NCBI GenBank assembly: GCA_002633005.1
Contig: NMRA01000166.1
Coordinates: 186,001 to 250,000, forward strand
Direction of reading: 5' to 3'
Source of the DNA: Phoronis australis
Lineage: Eukaryota > Animalia > Phoronida
Length of the DNA: 64,000 nt
Part shown: piece by piece, positions 61,586 through 64,000 of the stretch
Layout: each line of letters starts with the position of its first letter
Position numbering within the stretch: the stretch's first letter is position 1
Position numbers and translations under genes: made by a program
Notes under the pieces: generated by a model
The model's database searches: none
The model's input: only the letters and a program-made list of their open reading frames with translations
What the model was told of the DNA's origin: nothing

Positions 61586-62110
61586 ATGGCGTCAAATCAA
61601 CAACAGACGTTTGTCGACTTGGACGAAAGGTTTATTAAACTCGAGGAGATGGACCCTTTATATCGATATCAGGGGCACTTTAAAGACACACTTCAAATAC
61701 TGCATCCCGGCGAGGACATTTTATTGAGACGAAGCAATAGCGGAAAGCGTAAAAAGGAGAAGGTGTCAAAGCGACGCAATAACCCCAGGTACAAAACTCA
61801 ACCTATAACTTTCGACGAAATAAAGGAAGTGGACGAGGAAACAAACGCGGGAACGTCAGAAACTGACGGCAAAGGGTTAAAGGACCAACTGAGTGAATGG
61901 TCGAAATCTGTAGACGGATTAATGACAAGACAACGGTCTCGGACTGCAGAAAATGATAACGGAAATTCACAGACAAGCCAAGAAAAAATGACCTCTGGCA
62001 GTGAAAATTCTCAGCAAGTGAGTAATGCATCAGTTCCAATTCGGGTTTCTGGTTCACATGGTATCGAAACAACAGATTCTCAAGCTACTAAGCAGCAGGA
62101 AGGGACGTAA
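61586..62110 (+). CDS. C11orf96: C11orf96-like (DUF4695) protein, intronless, 174 aa
   Basis: Good Kozak context aaaATGg. [23 protein letters not shown] matches recalled C11orf96 [31 protein letters not shown] resembles FVCLADEF. Confidence 0.8.
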   Translation: [174 protein letters not shown]

Positions 62111-63404
62111 TTGCTGCTTGTTTGTTTCCGCGATGACTCTGTGTTGTGTCTGACTTTGACAACAAGCCGTGGGTTAGAGTCTTCAGTTATGACTATTTTT
62201 GTACAGCGTTTAGTTCGGAGCGTATGCTGTTTGCCCAGATTAATGCGTACATATGTTGGAATGCCCATCAACGCAATTAGAGAAGGTAGCTGTAGAGATA
62301 TGCCGTGGAATTCTTTATTTGCTGTGACCGGCTTTGAGCGAGTTAAATAGCCAAAGCTGAACCAGTTTTGTGCCCGTTATTCAATGGAAGGAACTGCATG
62401 GTGCTGAAAATCTGGGCCCCGTAAGTGACTATTACAAAACGGAATGGATTAGAAAAATGTGAAATTGGAGACATTAACGCACGCACTAATAGCGAAAGGG
62501 TGTGAGTTGGTTTTTGCACCGGTGTTAACGTTTTACTAGAATGCAGACAATTGTTACGTTTAGGGTTTATGATATCTGGGTCAGGTTCGGTTGGAAAAAC
62601 TGACACAGTTCAATAAATGCTATTCGAATGATGGTGCATTCGTGAGTACTAATTGATGTCAGTCGTGATTGCTTTCCATTTTTTATTTCATAAACTACGG
62701 TTCACTACAGCAAGTGAAACACTTTCGGGCAAAACCGAAAACAAGTAATCATTCACTGTCTTTGTCTATGCCTCACATCTCGTCTCATATTACATAGCAT
62801 AGCAGTCGTTAAATTTTTCATGAGCCAGTCTCTGGCAGTAATATAACATTTGGATTCCTATAATTTTAGAATAGGGTTATGCCTTCCATTGGAGTTCTAG
62901 TCCAGGAACAACACTGCTCATGTGTTTTCGTCACGTCACATCGTTTTTCTTCAATCCGTTACGTTGCAGGCCTGGTACCAACATTGAGCGGGGGGGGGGN
63001 ATTTCTACAAGGGTGGAGCTTTGAAATTTTGCAAACGTCGACATTGTAGAGGTTCCAGTAAGGCCCTCGACGCAGCTTAATTATGGGGTAGGGAAATCTG
63101 TATACACAACGACGATTCTCAGATCTATGTTCCTGGGATGAGACGGAATTCGTAATAACAGAAATAATGATGCCGTGACAGTTGGTTGTAAAGAACGGTA
63201 CTCGAATTCGGATGTAATGTGGTCCAAAAAGAGAACGTTCTTGCGTTTCCTCCTTCCAAACTTTCAAATCAGGCGTCCATAAGTGAGTGATTACATCCCA
63301 TTACATACTGGGACGGAAATATTTAGTCGGGTAAGACTTGACAATTTTGTTATCTGGTTGTATTTTTGCGTCTTACTTAAGTTTCTTGCATCGCTAGAAA
63401 TGGG

Positions 63405-63510
63405 AACAGCCCACTATGCCGAAGATTCACTGCTCCGAAGGCTCACTATTCCAAAGGTTCACTACTTTGAAGGTTCACTAAGTCCGAAAATATCTAAAGT
63501 TTCGGACTCG
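63405..63510 (+). repeat. 17-bp degenerate tandem array (transposon subterminal type)
   Basis: cactatgccgaagatt / cactgctccgaaggct / cactattccaaaggtt / cactactttgaaggtt / cactaagtccgaa. Confidence 0.65.
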
Positions 63511-64000
63511 GGCGTAATTTTTATACCTTTACATGGAAAAATAAACTATACTTCGATTATTAGATGCACTGAGTGATGTAACTATACCGAAAACAATGCC
63601 AGGGTAATATATCACTTTGTTTGAATTTCAGTCATGCGCATGCAAAATTGCTCGCATGTCTTACGAATACGGAAAAATGAATACGTACTTGCATTTTTAA
63701 AAGAATATGAAGTAGAAAAATTACCAACCACTATATATCCATCAAACCCATGTCAAGATTGCATCCTTTCACAGCGCGGCTAAAAAGTATATGGCCGCTG
63801 CGCCCCAATCTAATCGGGAACCACGCGCACGACCGGGTGGAAATTAAATGTAATTAGTAGGCTAACATGTCCCTGTCAATCTTCACGAAGTCAAAGAGCC
63901 CCATTCAGTCTAAAACCGTCGTTGGTTGCCGCAGCCCTGACCCGTGCCCCAGATGTCCCTGCTTCAGAATGAGTCATTAGTTAAATTCAAGAGTCACGAT

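Overview
AT-rich, intron-containing animal genomic DNA, probably from a marine invertebrate; the repeat types resemble those of molluscs and other lophotrochozoans (inference). Four host genes could be reconstructed by hand. (1) A 5-exon CLIC chloride intracellular channel gene (+, 3145-21229, ~372 aa) has a CPMC motif and a long acidic C-terminal tail. (2) A multi-exon FAM228B-like gene (-, 39496 to 25643). (3) A profilin-4 gene (+, 51483/51495-54420) is transcribed divergently from FAM228, as in human, but has CTG where orthologues have their initiator ATG. (4) An intronless C11orf96/DUF4695-like gene (+, 61586-62110). The contig 31372-39324 has an 'n' at each end and is a diverged second copy of ~39426-49643, most likely the other haplotype. 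Comparing the two copies exposes polymorphic insertions, including an ISL2EU/PHIS-like THAP element with an AT target duplication. The rest holds DNA-transposon relics and tandem repeats: an Academ-like XPG fragment, a Kolobok deletion derivative with a nested hAT MITE, Helitron/Helentron-type elements, a 5-bp-TSD MITE family and a foldback element. No rRNA, intact tRNA or CRISPR array was seen. All family assignments come from recalled motifs, not database searches.
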